A stretch of DNA of 64,000 nt from Candidatus Fervidifonticultor secundus. GTDB taxonomy: Bacteria; Sysuimicrobiota; Sysuimicrobiia; Sysuimicrobiales; Humicultoraceae. Each line of letters starts with the position of its first letter. Within the stretch, counting starts at the first letter, position 1. Under the pieces are notes generated by a model. The model searched no databases. It was not told the DNA's origin and saw nothing but the letters and a program-made list of their open reading frames with translations. The stretch is taken from assembly GCA_031459385.1 (NCBI GenBank), contig JAVKIP010000010.1:1-64000 (forward strand), in the 5' to 3' direction. The translations under genes and the position numbers were made by a program. Positions 41,649 through 51,336 of this stretch are shown here, in pieces.

Positions 41649-42389
41649 CTACTCGAGCAGCGCCTGCACCGCTGGCGCCCCGCGAGGCGCCACGAGCCGT
41701 GCCAGCCAGATGCTGACCTCGTAGAGCAGGTAGGTGGGCACTGCCATCAGCAGCTGCGAGACCACGTCAGTCCCGGGGGTGAGCAGCGCGGACGCCACCA
41801 CGATGGCCAGCAACGCGTAGCGGCGGCCTCCCGCCAGCGCTGCTGGGCTTACCAGGCCCAGCCGGGCCAGGAACACGATGACGACAGGCATCTGGAAGAC
41901 GACGCCGAACGCCACGATGAAGGCCATCATGAACGACAGGGCGGGGCCGATGGTGAGCAGGGGCTGCAGCGTGGCCGTCTGGTAGCTCAGCAGCACGCGC
42001 GCGGCCACCGGCATGATGACGAACAGCCCGAACGCAGCCCCGAGTACGAAAAGCACCAGCGACGGCGGCAGCAGGCTCATCACGACCTTGCGCTCGCTGT
42101 GGGTGAGCCCCACAGCCACGAACATCCACAGCTGGTAGAGGATGACCGGCAGGCCGAGGAAGACCCCGATGAGCAGGGCGATCTTCAACCGGATGAACAG
42201 GGCCTCAGGAGGTGCCGTGAAGTAGACCTGGTTGACCTGGAGCTGGCGCAGCAGGAAGTCCAGCACGCGGTCGACGAACGCCCAGCCCAGCACCGTACCG
42301 ACTCCCAGCGCCCCAAACGCCTTGAGGAGCCGCGAGCGCAGCTCCTCCAGGTGTTCCACGATGGTCATCGGGCGGTCTTCCATGCCCAC
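41649..42389 (-). CDS. tatC: Twin-arginine translocase TatC
   Basis: MTIVEHLEELRSRL, YQLWMFVA, FQMP, LTPGTD, LLYE. Confidence 0.96.
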   Translation of the reverse strand: MGMEDRPMTIVEHLEELRSRLLKAFGALGVGTVLGWAFVDRVLDFLLRQLQVNQVYFTAPPEALFIRLKIALLIGVFLGLPVILYQLWMFVAVGLTHSERKVVMSLLPPSLVLFVLGAAFGLFVIMPVAARVLLSYQTATLQPLLTIGPALSFMMAFIVAFGVVFQMPVVIVFLARLGLVSPAALAGGRRYALLAIVVASALLTPGTDVVSQLLMAVPTYLLYEVSIWLARLVAPRGAPAVQALLE

Positions 42390-42441
42390 CTGCGTGCCAC
42401 GGCGTGCGCGGCCACGAGCCGCGCACGCCCCGCGCTGCGGC

Positions 42442-42645
42442 TCAGGCGCCGGGCTTGGTCGGCTGCGACTCCTTCTCGTCGTCCTCGCTCAGGGCCTTGC
42501 GGAACTCCTTGATGGTCTTCCCGGCCGCCGCGCCCAGCCCGGCCAGGCGGCTGGCCCCGAACAGCAGCAGCAGAATCAGCAGGATCACCAGCAGCTCCAT
42601 GGGGCCGACGTTGCCGATCACTGCGGGCGCCACATGTGGGTTCAT
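42442..42645 (-). CDS. tatA: Twin-arginine translocase TatA
   Basis: [21 protein letters not shown]...[15 protein letters not shown] at 42667-42672. Confidence 0.95.
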   Translation of the reverse strand: MNPHVAPAVIGNVGPMELLVILLILLLLFGASRLAGLGAAAGKTIKEFRKALSEDDEKESQPTKPGA

Positions 42646-42667
42646 CGTCGTCTCCCTCCGGTGCCCA

Positions 42668-42934
42668 TTATAGACCTGGAGTCCCGCGGGGGCCACCGGC
42701 GGTCCGCGGGGCGCTAGCGGCGCGCCTCAGGCGCAGCAGGCGTGCCAGGGTACCCGCCGCGCGCGCGAGGCGGCCGAGGTTGGCCTGCGCCGGCAGGCTG
42801 CGCGCCCGGTGTCGCAACTCGTCGACGCCGGCCTCGATGCGCGCGTGCAGCAGGGCGATCTCGGCAGCGATCTCGGCCAGCGAGCGCCCGTCTGCCGGCG
42901 TCAGCTTTCGCGGTGAAAGAGGTTCCTCAGCCAC
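42668..42934 (-). CDS. Small hypothetical protein (DUF3618-like)
   Basis: [10 protein letters not shown] helical motif downstream of a holin-like gene. Confidence 0.45.
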   Translation of the reverse strand: MAEEPLSPRKLTPADGRSLAEIAAEIALLHARIEAGVDELRHRARSLPAQANLGRLARAAGTLARLLRLRRAASAPRTAGGPRGTPGL

Positions 42935-43293
42935 CGGACCTCCTCGCCGACCTGGGAGCTCCAGGCCGCTCGCCGCCGGCGCAGCCGCCGGAGGCTCAGC
43001 GCCACCAGCCCGGCGCTCGTCGCCAGCACCAGCACCAGCACGCCCAGCACGGCCAGCCAGGCGGGCAGCCAGAGGGTGAGCACCAGGATCAGCGCGGCCA
43101 CCGCCAGGGCCGGCACCAGCGCGGCCAGCGCCAGAGCGGCTCCGGTCATCAGGCTCGCCATCGCGATGTCCCGGCGGGTAGCGCGCGCCTGCGCCCCGAG
43201 CGCGTCCCGGTAGGCCTGCAGGAGGCGGACGACGTCCGCCACCAGGCGGCGGACGACCTCGGCCGTAGGCTGGGGTTCGGGCGCGGTGGCCAT
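42901..43293 (-). CDS. Holin-X/YqjE-like membrane protein
   Basis: Amphipathic N-terminus, two TM segments, LPAWLA. Confidence 0.65.
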   Translation of the reverse strand: MATAPEPQPTAEVVRRLVADVVRLLQAYRDALGAQARATRRDIAMASLMTGAALALAALVPALAVAALILVLTLWLPAWLAVLGVLVLVLATSAGLVALSLRRLRRRRAAWSSQVGEEVRWLRNLFHRES

Positions 43294-43343
43294 GGGGCTA
43301 GTCTTCCGGGTACGGCGAGGGTTCTCCTCCGGCGCGCTGAAGG

Positions 43344-43377
43344 CGCGCGGGGGACGGCGCACGCCGTCCCCCGCGCG
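43344..43377 (-). terminator. 16-bp perfect hairpin downstream of the cupredoxin gene
   Basis: CGCGCGGGGGACGGCG-ca-CGCCGTCCCCCGCGCG. Confidence 0.55.
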
Positions 43378-43395
43378 TCCGCCACCGGTGGCAGG

Positions 43396-43794
43396 TTACG
43401 GTACGACCTTCAGGTCGCCGACCATTTCGGTATGGTACGTGCACTGCATCTTGTACGTCCCTGGCCGGTCGATCTTGACCTTGAACCGGCTCTCCTGGCC
43501 GGCGTTCACGGCCACGTCGGAAGTGATGTCCCCGCCCGGGGCGCCCTGAATGACCAGGTTGTGCACGGTGGCACCCTGGTTGGGCACGACGAACTCGTAC
43601 TCGGCGCCCGCCTTGATCTCGACGGTCGCCGGCTCGTACAGATTGTCCTTCATCACGATGGTGATCGTCCCGCCAGCTACCGGTGTCCCGGCGGTCGGCG
43701 CCGGCTGCGCCGGCTGCTGAGGTGCCCGGCCGCCACAACCCGCCGCCACTGCCGCGATCACGACCACGGCTGCCCACGCAAGTGCGGTCCGCAT
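43396..43794 (-). CDS. Cupredoxin (type-1 copper) lipoprotein
   Basis: Lipobox AAGC; VHN and CTYHTEM ligand set. Confidence 0.88.
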   Translation of the reverse strand: MRTALAWAAVVVIAAVAAGCGGRAPQQPAQPAPTAGTPVAGGTITIVMKDNLYEPATVEIKAGAEYEFVVPNQGATVHNLVIQGAPGGDITSDVAVNAGQESRFKVKIDRPGTYKMQCTYHTEMVGDLKVVP

Positions 43795-43960
43795 TCGTCG
43801 TCCCCTTTCGCTGGATTGTCGACCGGCGCGGTCTCTGACCCCGTGCGGCCACGTGCTAGGGTACAACCTTCGCGCGGGCGGGGCAAGGGCACGGCACCTG
43901 GCGATGGGGCACCGCCGCGCGCCGGGCCCGTGCGCGGGCGGAGCATCGGGTGGGCCGGAG

Positions 43961-45184
43961 CTAGCCAGCGGGCTCTAGCACTACCTTGACCGCACGCTGG
44001 CCGCGTTTGTCCAGCGCCACGGCCAGCGCCTGGCGCGCCAGCCGCAGCGGGAAGCGGTGCGTGATGAGGGGGCGCAGATCCACGCGCCCGGCGGCCAGCA
44101 GGTCCATGGCGATATCGATCGCGCGCAGGGTCCGCCCGTCGGTGCGCTCCGTGGCGTAGTACGACGTGCCGATCAGGCGGACCTCGCGCAAGAACAGCGG
44201 CGTCCAGTCCACCCCCCGTGGGCTCAGCGTGATGCCCACAGCCACCACCGCGCCGCCGGCCGCGGTCATGCGCAGGGCGTCGTCGAGCGCCCGGCCCGTG
44301 CCGGCACACTCCAGGGTCACGTCGGCCCCGCCGGTGAGCAGCGGGCGCCCGAAGCGGGGTTGCAGCACCCGCGCGCCCACGAGCCCGGCGACGTCGCGGT
44401 AGAGGGTGTGGCCCCGCGACGTCAGCACACGGTGCGCGCCCATCTGCTCGGCCAGCGCGGCCTGGTGCGCATACCGCGCCACGGCAACGATCCGCGCCGC
44501 GGGCCGCAGCGCCCGCAGCGCGGCGATCGCCGCGAGCCCCATGGCCCCGATGCCGATCACGAGCACCGTGCCCGCGCGGTCAGGCACGTGGCGGAGGACG
44601 GCGTGGACCGCGCACGCCAGCGGCTCGGCGAACAGCGCCTGCTCGTCGGTCAGCCCGTCGGGCACGGGCACGAGCTGCGACCGATGGGCGACCATCACCT
44701 CGCCCCACGACCCACCCACGTCCCGGCAGAATCCCTGCCCGAACCCTGGCGGCAGGCGGCCTTCAGCGAACCGCTCGCAGAGGTTGTAGTCGCCGCGGCG
44801 ACACGCCGGACACAGGTCGTGGAAGCCGCGCGGCACACAGGGCAGGAGCGGCTCGACCACCACCCGCTGCCCCACGGGCACGCTGGCTGCGGGCCCGGTG
44901 GCCGCCACCTCCCCGACGTTCTCGTGTCCGACCACGAACGGGAACGAGGCGTAGGCCGTGGCCGAGAGGCTCACGTCCTGGTGCACGAGATGGAGGTCGG
45001 ACCCGCAGATGCCCGCCAGGCGCACCCGCACGGTCACCCAGTCGGGGCCCGGAAGCGCAGGCTCGGGCACCTCTGCCAGGCGCAGCGGGCTCAGGCGAAC
45101 CAGCGCCGCGGGCGGCAGCCAGCGGCCCAGGGTGCGGGCAGCCACGAACCGCGGGACGCTGAGGCCCGCGACGACCGCCCTCAT
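43961..45184 (-). CDS. Zn-dependent medium-chain dehydrogenase
   Basis: GICGSD, GHE, four-Cys structural Zn lobe, GIGAMG. Confidence 0.9.
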   Translation of the reverse strand: MRAVVAGLSVPRFVAARTLGRWLPPAALVRLSPLRLAEVPEPALPGPDWVTVRVRLAGICGSDLHLVHQDVSLSATAYASFPFVVGHENVGEVAATGPAASVPVGQRVVVEPLLPCVPRGFHDLCPACRRGDYNLCERFAEGRLPPGFGQGFCRDVGGSWGEVMVAHRSQLVPVPDGLTDEQALFAEPLACAVHAVLRHVPDRAGTVLVIGIGAMGLAAIAALRALRPAARIVAVARYAHQAALAEQMGAHRVLTSRGHTLYRDVAGLVGARVLQPRFGRPLLTGGADVTLECAGTGRALDDALRMTAAGGAVVAVGITLSPRGVDWTPLFLREVRLIGTSYYATERTDGRTLRAIDIAMDLLAAGRVDLRPLITHRFPLRLARQALAVALDKRGQRAVKVVLEPAG

Positions 45185-45197
45185 GCGGGTCCGGGCA

Positions 45198-46142
45198 TCA
45201 TGCGCCCCCGGCGCGCTGCGCGACGGCCGCCTGGACGACGTTGCGCATCAAGACGACGTTCGTCACGGCACCCACGCCGCCAGGGACCGGCGTCACCGCC
45301 GCCGCCACGCGGCTCACCTCGGCGAAGGCCACGTCGCCCACGGTCTCACGGCGAGGCCGGCCGCGCTCGTCCAGCACTGGCCGACCGGCGGCATCGGTCA
45401 TCGGCCGCACGTTGATGCCCACGTCCACGACCACGGCACCCGGGCGCACCATGTCACCGCGGATGAACTCGGCGCGGCCCGCGGCGACGATGAGGATCTC
45501 CGCGCGGCGCGTGTGGTCGGTCAGTCGGCCGGCCCGGGAGGTGAAGGAATGGACGGTGGTGGGCGTGGCGTGCCGCTCCAGCGCCAGGAAGTAGGCCGGG
45601 CGCCCCACGCTCGGGCTCCGGCCCACGATGACCAGGTCCTTGCCCGCGAACGCCGTTTTCGGGTCGAGCCCGCGGTCCGCGAAGTACCGCTCCAGCAGCA
45701 CGAAGCACGCCAGCGGCGTCGCCGGGACCACTGCCGGCTGTCCCAGGGCCAGCCGGCCGGCGTTGAGGGGATGGAGCCCATCGACGTCTTTGGCCGGATC
45801 GAGGGCAAGGAGCACCGCCGCTTCGGGCAGGGCGGCCGGCATCGGCCGCAGGGGCAGGATGCCGTGGATCGACGGATCCGCAGCCAGCTCGCGCAGCACC
45901 GTCTGCACGCGGGCCAGTGACGCGTCGGCGGGTAGCGTCACGTCGCGGTAGACGACGCCGACCTCGGCGGCGACCCGCTCGACCTGCCGCCGGTAGACCC
46001 GCGCACCCGGATCATCGCCCACCAGGACCGTGGCCACGGCGGGCGTCACTCCCCGCACGGCCAGCGCCTCGATCTCGGCCCGCAGCTCGGCCTTCAGCGC
46101 CTCGGCCACGGCCGCCCCGTCGATGATGTCAGCGGTCGTCAT
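45198..46142 (-). CDS. folD: FolD-family methylene-THF dehydrogenase (cyclohydrolase residues substituted)
   Basis: KDVDG, PATP, GRS..VGRP, DVGIN, TPVPGGVG. Confidence 0.9.
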   Translation of the reverse strand: MTTADIIDGAAVAEALKAELRAEIEALAVRGVTPAVATVLVGDDPGARVYRRQVERVAAEVGVVYRDVTLPADASLARVQTVLRELAADPSIHGILPLRPMPAALPEAAVLLALDPAKDVDGLHPLNAGRLALGQPAVVPATPLACFVLLERYFADRGLDPKTAFAGKDLVIVGRSPSVGRPAYFLALERHATPTTVHSFTSRAGRLTDHTRRAEILIVAAGRAEFIRGDMVRPGAVVVDVGINVRPMTDAAGRPVLDERGRPRRETVGDVAFAEVSRVAAAVTPVPGGVGAVTNVVLMRNVVQAAVAQRAGGA

Positions 46143-46762
46143 CCGATGCGGCCGTAGGCCTGCTGGACCACCGCGGCCCGCGCGGCCTCCAGCGCGGCCA
46201 GCTGCGCCTGGACCTCGGCCCACAGTTCGTCGCTCCAAGCGCCGCCGATGCCCGCCAGGTTGATGCGGACGTTGAGCGCCGCGCTGGCGGCTGCGGCCTC
46301 GGCCATCACCGCGGCCACCGCCGCGTCGCTGAGCACCTGCGGGTTACCCTGCGCGGCGGCGATGCGAGAGAGGGCGCCGACCTGGCCGCACAGCGCCACG
46401 ACTTCGGCCGGCACCTCGGCCGCCTCGCGCAGCGCGGCGCGGGTGGCCTCCCGGCGGGCGGCGCGCTGCTCGTCGGTCTCGCGCGGCAGCCGGTACGCGG
46501 CCATGACCCGGCGAAACGCGTCGGCGTCGCGGTCGATCGCCGCCAGCAGCCGCGCCCGCAGCGTCGCAGCGTCGTCGCGGACCCTGCGCATCTCGTCCTC
46601 GACCGCCGCGAACTTCTCCTTGCCCACCGTCAGGTTGGCCACCATCCCGACCAGGGCGGCCGCCACCGCGCCGACCAGCGCGGCGGCCGCACCGCCGCCG
46701 GGCTCGGGCGCGCTGGAGGCCAGCCGGTCGAGGAACTGCTCGATGGACAGCTCCGGATACAT
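46139..46762 (-). CDS. Cyclodeaminase/cyclohydrolase family protein (FTCD_C, FchA-like)
   Basis: FLDRLASSAPEPGGG, MVANLT.GK, D..AF..VM.AYRLP, GN...SD, NVRINL. Confidence 0.9.
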   Translation of the reverse strand: MYPELSIEQFLDRLASSAPEPGGGAAAALVGAVAAALVGMVANLTVGKEKFAAVEDEMRRVRDDAATLRARLLAAIDRDADAFRRVMAAYRLPRETDEQRAARREATRAALREAAEVPAEVVALCGQVGALSRIAAAQGNPQVLSDAAVAAVMAEAAAASAALNVRINLAGIGGAWSDELWAEVQAQLAALEAARAAVVQQAYGRIG

Positions 46763-46773
46763 GCCGTCCTCCT

Positions 46774-48126
46774 TCAGGCCCCCGGCACGCCGACGTCGAC
46801 CGCGGGCGCCGGTTGCGCGGGCGCCAGCAGGTGCGCGCGCACGGGCCCGGCGACGTGAAACGAGCCGGTGGCGCACACCACATCCTGGCGCCCGGCCGCG
46901 GCGATGGCGGCATCGGCCGCCGCCACCGGATCGTCCACCGTGCGCACACCGGCCACGTGCGGCCGGAACGCCGCCGCCACGGCCTCCGGCGCCAGCGCCC
47001 GCGGATCGTCGGCGCGCGCGGCCCAGACCGTGGTGGCGCGCGGCGCGATGATCCGCGCGATGCCGGCCAGGTCCTTGCTCCCCAGCAGCCCGACCACCAG
47101 GTGCACCCGGCGGCCGGGGAAGACCTCGTCGAGCACCCGCCGCAGCGCGCGGAACGAGACGACGTTGTGCGCGACGTCCACGATCACCACCGGCACGTCG
47201 CGCACGACCTCGACGCGCGCCGGCCACCGCAGCCCGGCCAGCCCGGCGCGGATCGCGTCCCCGTCCACGGTGAAGCCTTCGTCGGCCAGCGCCTCCGCCG
47301 CGGCCACGGCGCAGGCGGCGTTGAGGGCCTGGTGGCGCCCCAGCAGGGGCACGTGCAGGTCCGGGTAGGTCCCGCGCCGGCCGTGCACGGTCACGCGGGT
47401 ACCATCACGGGCGACGCGGCGGGTGCGGTAGCGGACGTCACGGCCGACACGCACCAGGCGCGCGCCCAGCCGGGCCGCAGCCGCTTCGAGCACGCGCGCT
47501 GCGGCCGGCGCCTGGGCCACGGTCACGACGGTGCGGCCGGGACGCATGATCCCGGCGTCCTCCGCCGCGATCTGCGCCAGCCGCGTGCCGACGATCTCCG
47601 TATGGTCGTAGTCGATGGTCGTGATCACGGCCAGACGCGCGTCGAGCACGTTGGTGGCGTCCAGCCGCCCGCCGATACCGACCTCGACCACGCCCAGATC
47701 CGCGCCCGCCCGGGCGAACGCCAGGAACGCCACCGCAGCAGCCGCTTCGAAGTAGGACGGCGGCCACCCGGGCCCGCCAGCCCCCGCCTCTACGGCCGCG
47801 CGGAGGCGGGCCACGAGGGCTGCAAACGGCTCGGGCGCCAGCCACTGGCCGTCGAGCTGGAACCGCTCGCGGATGTCCACGAGATGCGGTTTCGTGTACA
47901 GCCCGACGCGCCACCCCGCGGCCGTGGCGATCGCCGCGACCATGGCGGCCGTCGACCCCTTCCCCTTGGTGCCGGCGACCAACACCGAGGGAAAGCAGCG
48001 CTCGGGGTGCCCGAGCAGCGCGCACAGCGTCCGCATGCGGTCCAGCTTCAGGGCGCCGGTCGGCTGACCTGGCGGCCGATGCCGCAGCAGCCCGGTGAGG
48101 AAGTCGAGGGCCTCAGTGTAGGTCAT
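46774..48126 (-). CDS. folC: Folylpolyglutamate synthase/dihydrofolate synthase
   Basis: AGTKGKGST, PHL...RER, EVGIGGRLDATN, DVAHN. Confidence 0.95.
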   Translation of the reverse strand: MTYTEALDFLTGLLRHRPPGQPTGALKLDRMRTLCALLGHPERCFPSVLVAGTKGKGSTAAMVAAIATAAGWRVGLYTKPHLVDIRERFQLDGQWLAPEPFAALVARLRAAVEAGAGGPGWPPSYFEAAAAVAFLAFARAGADLGVVEVGIGGRLDATNVLDARLAVITTIDYDHTEIVGTRLAQIAAEDAGIMRPGRTVVTVAQAPAAARVLEAAAARLGARLVRVGRDVRYRTRRVARDGTRVTVHGRRGTYPDLHVPLLGRHQALNAACAVAAAEALADEGFTVDGDAIRAGLAGLRWPARVEVVRDVPVVIVDVAHNVVSFRALRRVLDEVFPGRRVHLVVGLLGSKDLAGIARIIAPRATTVWAARADDPRALAPEAVAAAFRPHVAGVRTVDDPVAAADAAIAAAGRQDVVCATGSFHVAGPVRAHLLAPAQPAPAVDVGVPGA

Positions 48127-48172
48127 CGGCCGCGATCCCGCGCGGGCGGCCTGCCGCAGCCGCCCCGCACTG

Positions 48173-49267
48173 TCACGTCATCGGCACGCGGGTCAGGAGC
48201 CGCCCCTCGATCCGCTCGAGAATATCGGGAATGCTCGGGCCGGTGATGGTGAGGCCGTGGTTGCGCAGGCCTACCACGGCGCGGTTGGGGTCCGGGCTCT
48301 GCGCGACCAGCTCGGAGACGGCGCGAGCCAGCTCGTAGGTCCCGCACGGGTACTGGATCTGGGTGGACGTCACGCCCTCCATCCAGGCGTGGACGTGGAT
48401 AATGGCACCCACGCGCGGGTGCGCGGTGTAGATCATCCAGTGCTCGATGGCATCCACCGAGACCCGGCGCGGTTCGATGTGCGGCGGCACACTGAGCACG
48501 ATCACGTTGCGGGAGGGCTCGTACCCTTTGACCATCAGGATGTCCCGCCCGACGGTCTTCAGGTTGCCCTTGTTCACCCCGCTGGCGCTCATCCAGAAGC
48601 GCCGGGCGTCCTTGCGGACGCTGAGGTTGCCGTAGGAGAGGCCCCCGATGCCGAACAGGCGCTTGACGTGCACCAGGTCGCGCGGTGGCAGCAGCTCCTC
48701 GATGGGGAAGGCGGCGGGCAGCAGCTTGAGCTCGTCCAGACGGCGGCCGGCCTCGGCCAGCTGCCGGGTCAGCGCGTCGCCGTCCCACAGCTCGGGCTCC
48801 AGGTCGGGGTGGAACTCGTTGTTGATGACCAGCTGGGCAGATGCCAGCGGGTAGAGCCGCTCGAAGACCCGTGCGAAGAAGGTCGCGTCGTCGGCTTCGT
48901 CGATGAGGAAGTAGCCCTGCTCGAGGGTCACCACCAGCGCGCGGGCCCGGTGGGCCGCGGCGGGCACCAGGTAGATCACCATGTTGCCCAGGGTGCGGAC
49001 CAGCAGCGGGTAGACGGCCGGCAGGATCTCGCCCTCGGGCTGCGGGCCCTCGACGATAGAGACCACGAAGACGGCCTGCGCCTTGCGGCGGAAGGGCCGC
49101 GGCGCCTCCCGGTTCGCGAAGTGCAGGACCACGCGGGGCGAGCGCTCGGGCGTCGTCTCTTCCAACCCCCGGGCCCGCATCACCTGCTGGAGGCCCTGGG
49201 CGAACCACTCCTGCACCGGCGTGCGCGGTGCCCCGGAGCGAGCAAAGGTCATGGCGCGATCCTCCAC
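48173..49267 (-). CDS. Class II aldolase/adducin domain protein with extra N-terminal domain
   Basis: YGNLSVR, SVDAIEHWMIY, IHVH, LRNHG. Confidence 0.8.
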   Translation of the reverse strand: MEDRAMTFARSGAPRTPVQEWFAQGLQQVMRARGLEETTPERSPRVVLHFANREAPRPFRRKAQAVFVVSIVEGPQPEGEILPAVYPLLVRTLGNMVIYLVPAAAHRARALVVTLEQGYFLIDEADDATFFARVFERLYPLASAQLVINNEFHPDLEPELWDGDALTRQLAEAGRRLDELKLLPAAFPIEELLPPRDLVHVKRLFGIGGLSYGNLSVRKDARRFWMSASGVNKGNLKTVGRDILMVKGYEPSRNVIVLSVPPHIEPRRVSVDAIEHWMIYTAHPRVGAIIHVHAWMEGVTSTQIQYPCGTYELARAVSELVAQSPDPNRAVVGLRNHGLTITGPSIPDILERIEGRLLTRVPMT

Positions 49268-49345
49268 GGCGCTGGGCGCATCGGTCTTCGAACTCCGCTC
49301 CTTACTCTAGCGCAAAATGCCGGGCGCCGCCGCAGGCCGTGGCGG

Positions 49346-50317
49346 CTACCGCGCCCGCATCAGCACGAACGACGCCAGTGCCTGCAGGCTCGCCCGGGCC
49401 GGTCCGGGCGGCAGCGGGTGGAGCGCGGTCACGGCCCGGTCGGCGTAGGCCTGCGCCACGTGCAGCGCCCGCCGCACGCCGCCGTAGCGATCCACGAGCG
49501 CCTGCAGTTCGGCAAGCCCCCCGGCCCCACCGCGGACCAGCGCCCGCAGGCGGTCGCGATCCGCCGGGGGGGCCTCGCGCAGCGCGGCGATGACCGGCAG
49601 GGTCGTCTTTCCGGTGTCGATGTCGCTGCCGATGGGCTTCCCCATGGCCTCGGGGTCGCCGACCAGGTCCAGCGCATCGTCGGTGATCTGGAAGCACATC
49701 CCCCAGGCCAGGCCGAAGGCTTCGAGCGCGTCGGCGACCGCGGGTGTAGCCCCGGCTACCAGCCCGCCCGCCCGGCAGGCCGCCGCGAACAGGCGCGCGG
49801 TCTTGCCTTCGATGATGCGGAAGTAGACGGCGTCGTCGTCGTAGGGCTCGCCGCCGACCTTGGTCGCCAGGATCTCGGCCTCGCTCATGGCCACGGCCGC
49901 CCGCGCGATCGTCGGCGCGACCTGGGGATGCCGGATCCGGCTCACCAGGTCGAACGCGGTCGCGAAGAGGTAGTCGCCCAGCAGCACGGCGATCTGGTTG
50001 CCCCAGAGCACATTGACCGTGGAGACACCGCGGCGCAGATCGGAGGCGTCGATCACGTCGTCGTGGACCAGCGAGGCGATGTGGATCAACTCCACGGCCC
50101 CGGCCAACCAGAGGCGCTGCTCGTCGGCCCCGCCCGCCGCCGCCGCCGACAGCAGCGCCAGCGCCGGGCGGACCAGCTTGCCGCGCGAGGCCAGCACGTG
50201 CTCGACGAGCTCGCCGATGAAGGGGTCGTCGGTGCGCAGCTCGCGTCGCAGCAGATCGTACAGCCCCTCGAGGTCGTCGGCGACGGGCCGGTAGATCTCC
50301 TGGAGATCCAACGCCAC
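49346..50317 (-). CDS. Long-chain polyprenyl diphosphate synthase (quinone side chain)
   Basis: GKLVRP, ASLVHDDVID (FARM), GKTA, FQITDDALD (SARM). Confidence 0.93.
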   Translation of the reverse strand: MALDLQEIYRPVADDLEGLYDLLRRELRTDDPFIGELVEHVLASRGKLVRPALALLSAAAAGGADEQRLWLAGAVELIHIASLVHDDVIDASDLRRGVSTVNVLWGNQIAVLLGDYLFATAFDLVSRIRHPQVAPTIARAAVAMSEAEILATKVGGEPYDDDAVYFRIIEGKTARLFAAACRAGGLVAGATPAVADALEAFGLAWGMCFQITDDALDLVGDPEAMGKPIGSDIDTGKTTLPVIAALREAPPADRDRLRALVRGGAGGLAELQALVDRYGGVRRALHVAQAYADRAVTALHPLPPGPARASLQALASFVLMRAR

Positions 50318-50319
50318 GC

Positions 50320-50736
50320 TCAACGGTCCACCCTGATGGTCATCGCCATGCCGGCCTCGCGGTGGCCGGGGATGTTGCAGTAGGCGGTGTGCGCTCCCGG
50401 CGGCAGCTCGAAGATCGCGGTCCTGGTCTCCCCTGGCGGCACGCCGTCGATGGCCGCGCCCGGTATCGCGTCGACGACCAGGTTGTGCTCCACCAGCCCC
50501 TCGTTCCTGACCCGCACGGCGATCCGCCCGGCCCGCACCACGACCGAGGGCGGCGCAAACGCCCACTCGCGCGCGACCACCTCCACGGTCGCCGCCGGGG
50601 AGCGCTCGGGCGACCCGCTCCGCGGACCGCAGGCGCCGCCAACCAGTGCCAGCACCAGCAGCGCCGCGCGGTAGGCCCGCAGGCTCCGCCGGTGCCCTGA
50701 CCCCCTCTCTCCCGGCGAGAGAAGCCGCCGTCTCAC
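50320..50736 (-). CDS. Cupredoxin (type-1 copper) lipoprotein
   Basis: Lipobox-like GGAC; EHN and CNIPGHREAGM. Confidence 0.88.
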   Translation of the reverse strand: MRRRLLSPGERGSGHRRSLRAYRAALLVLALVGGACGPRSGSPERSPAATVEVVAREWAFAPPSVVVRAGRIAVRVRNEGLVEHNLVVDAIPGAAIDGVPPGETRTAIFELPPGAHTAYCNIPGHREAGMAMTIRVDR

Positions 50737-50746
50737 GCCCTAGCCT

Positions 50747-50851
50747 TCAGGCTTCAGCGATGAGGCCGAACGACGCGACGAACGCCAGCAGCAGGAAGAA
50801 GAAGACGTAGAAGAGCAGGTAGGCCAGCCAGACGCGCAGCGGGCGCTTCAT
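50747..50851 (-). CDS. 34-aa single-TM protein (below ORF-track cutoff)
   Basis: GGAGGAGGG RBS, ATGA overlap with the mvhD-like stop; MKRPLRVWLAYLLFYVFFFLLLAFVASFGLIAEA. Confidence 0.7.
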   Translation of the reverse strand: MKRPLRVWLAYLLFYVFFFLLLAFVASFGLIAEA

Positions 50852-51336
50852 GCCCCTCCCTCCTCCGCAGGCTGGGCGGCGGCCGCCGGCCGCCGCGCGG
50901 GCCCCGTGCCGCTGGCTGCCGGCCCCAGGGCCCGGAGGCGCTCCACCATGGCCGCGATGTCGGCGAGAAACGCCTCCCGGTCGTGGAGCCCATGGGCCAG
51001 CATCTGCAGGCGCTCCGGCGGCACCCTGCGTCGCTGCAGCCGCCGCTGCAACTGGTCCACGCGCTCGCGCATCAGGTAGTTGCCCTCGCGGTTCAGGCAG
51101 TCGCCGTAGGGGCACCCGACCACGAAGACGCCGTCGGCGCCGGCCTTGAGCGCGTCCTCCAGCCAGCCTGGCCGGATGAAGCCCGAGCACGGGATGCGGA
51201 TGAGGACCACGGACGGGTGGGCGAGCAGCCGGCCGGCCGCATCCGCCAGGTCGGTCGTGGCCACCGCCCAGTCGCATACGAAGCCCACGATCCGGGGAGC
51301 CCAGGCGCCGTGCGCGGTCGATGCCTGCGCCGTCAT
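50848..51336 (-). CDS. MvhD/FlpD-like [2Fe-2S] protein
   Basis: IVGFVCDW, IRIPCSG, GADGVFVVGCPYGDC..REGN, PERL; ATGA overlap with the upstream gene. Confidence 0.9.
   Translation of the reverse strand: MTAQASTAHGAWAPRIVGFVCDWAVATTDLADAAGRLLAHPSVVLIRIPCSGFIRPGWLEDALKAGADGVFVVGCPYGDCLNREGNYLMRERVDQLQRRLQRRRVPPERLQMLAHGLHDREAFLADIAAMVERLRALGPAASGTGPARRPAAAAQPAEEGGA

Noticed and set aside
42668..43293. Holin-like gene as prophage evidence
   Set aside because: No phage genes nearby; this membrane family is commonly chromosomal.
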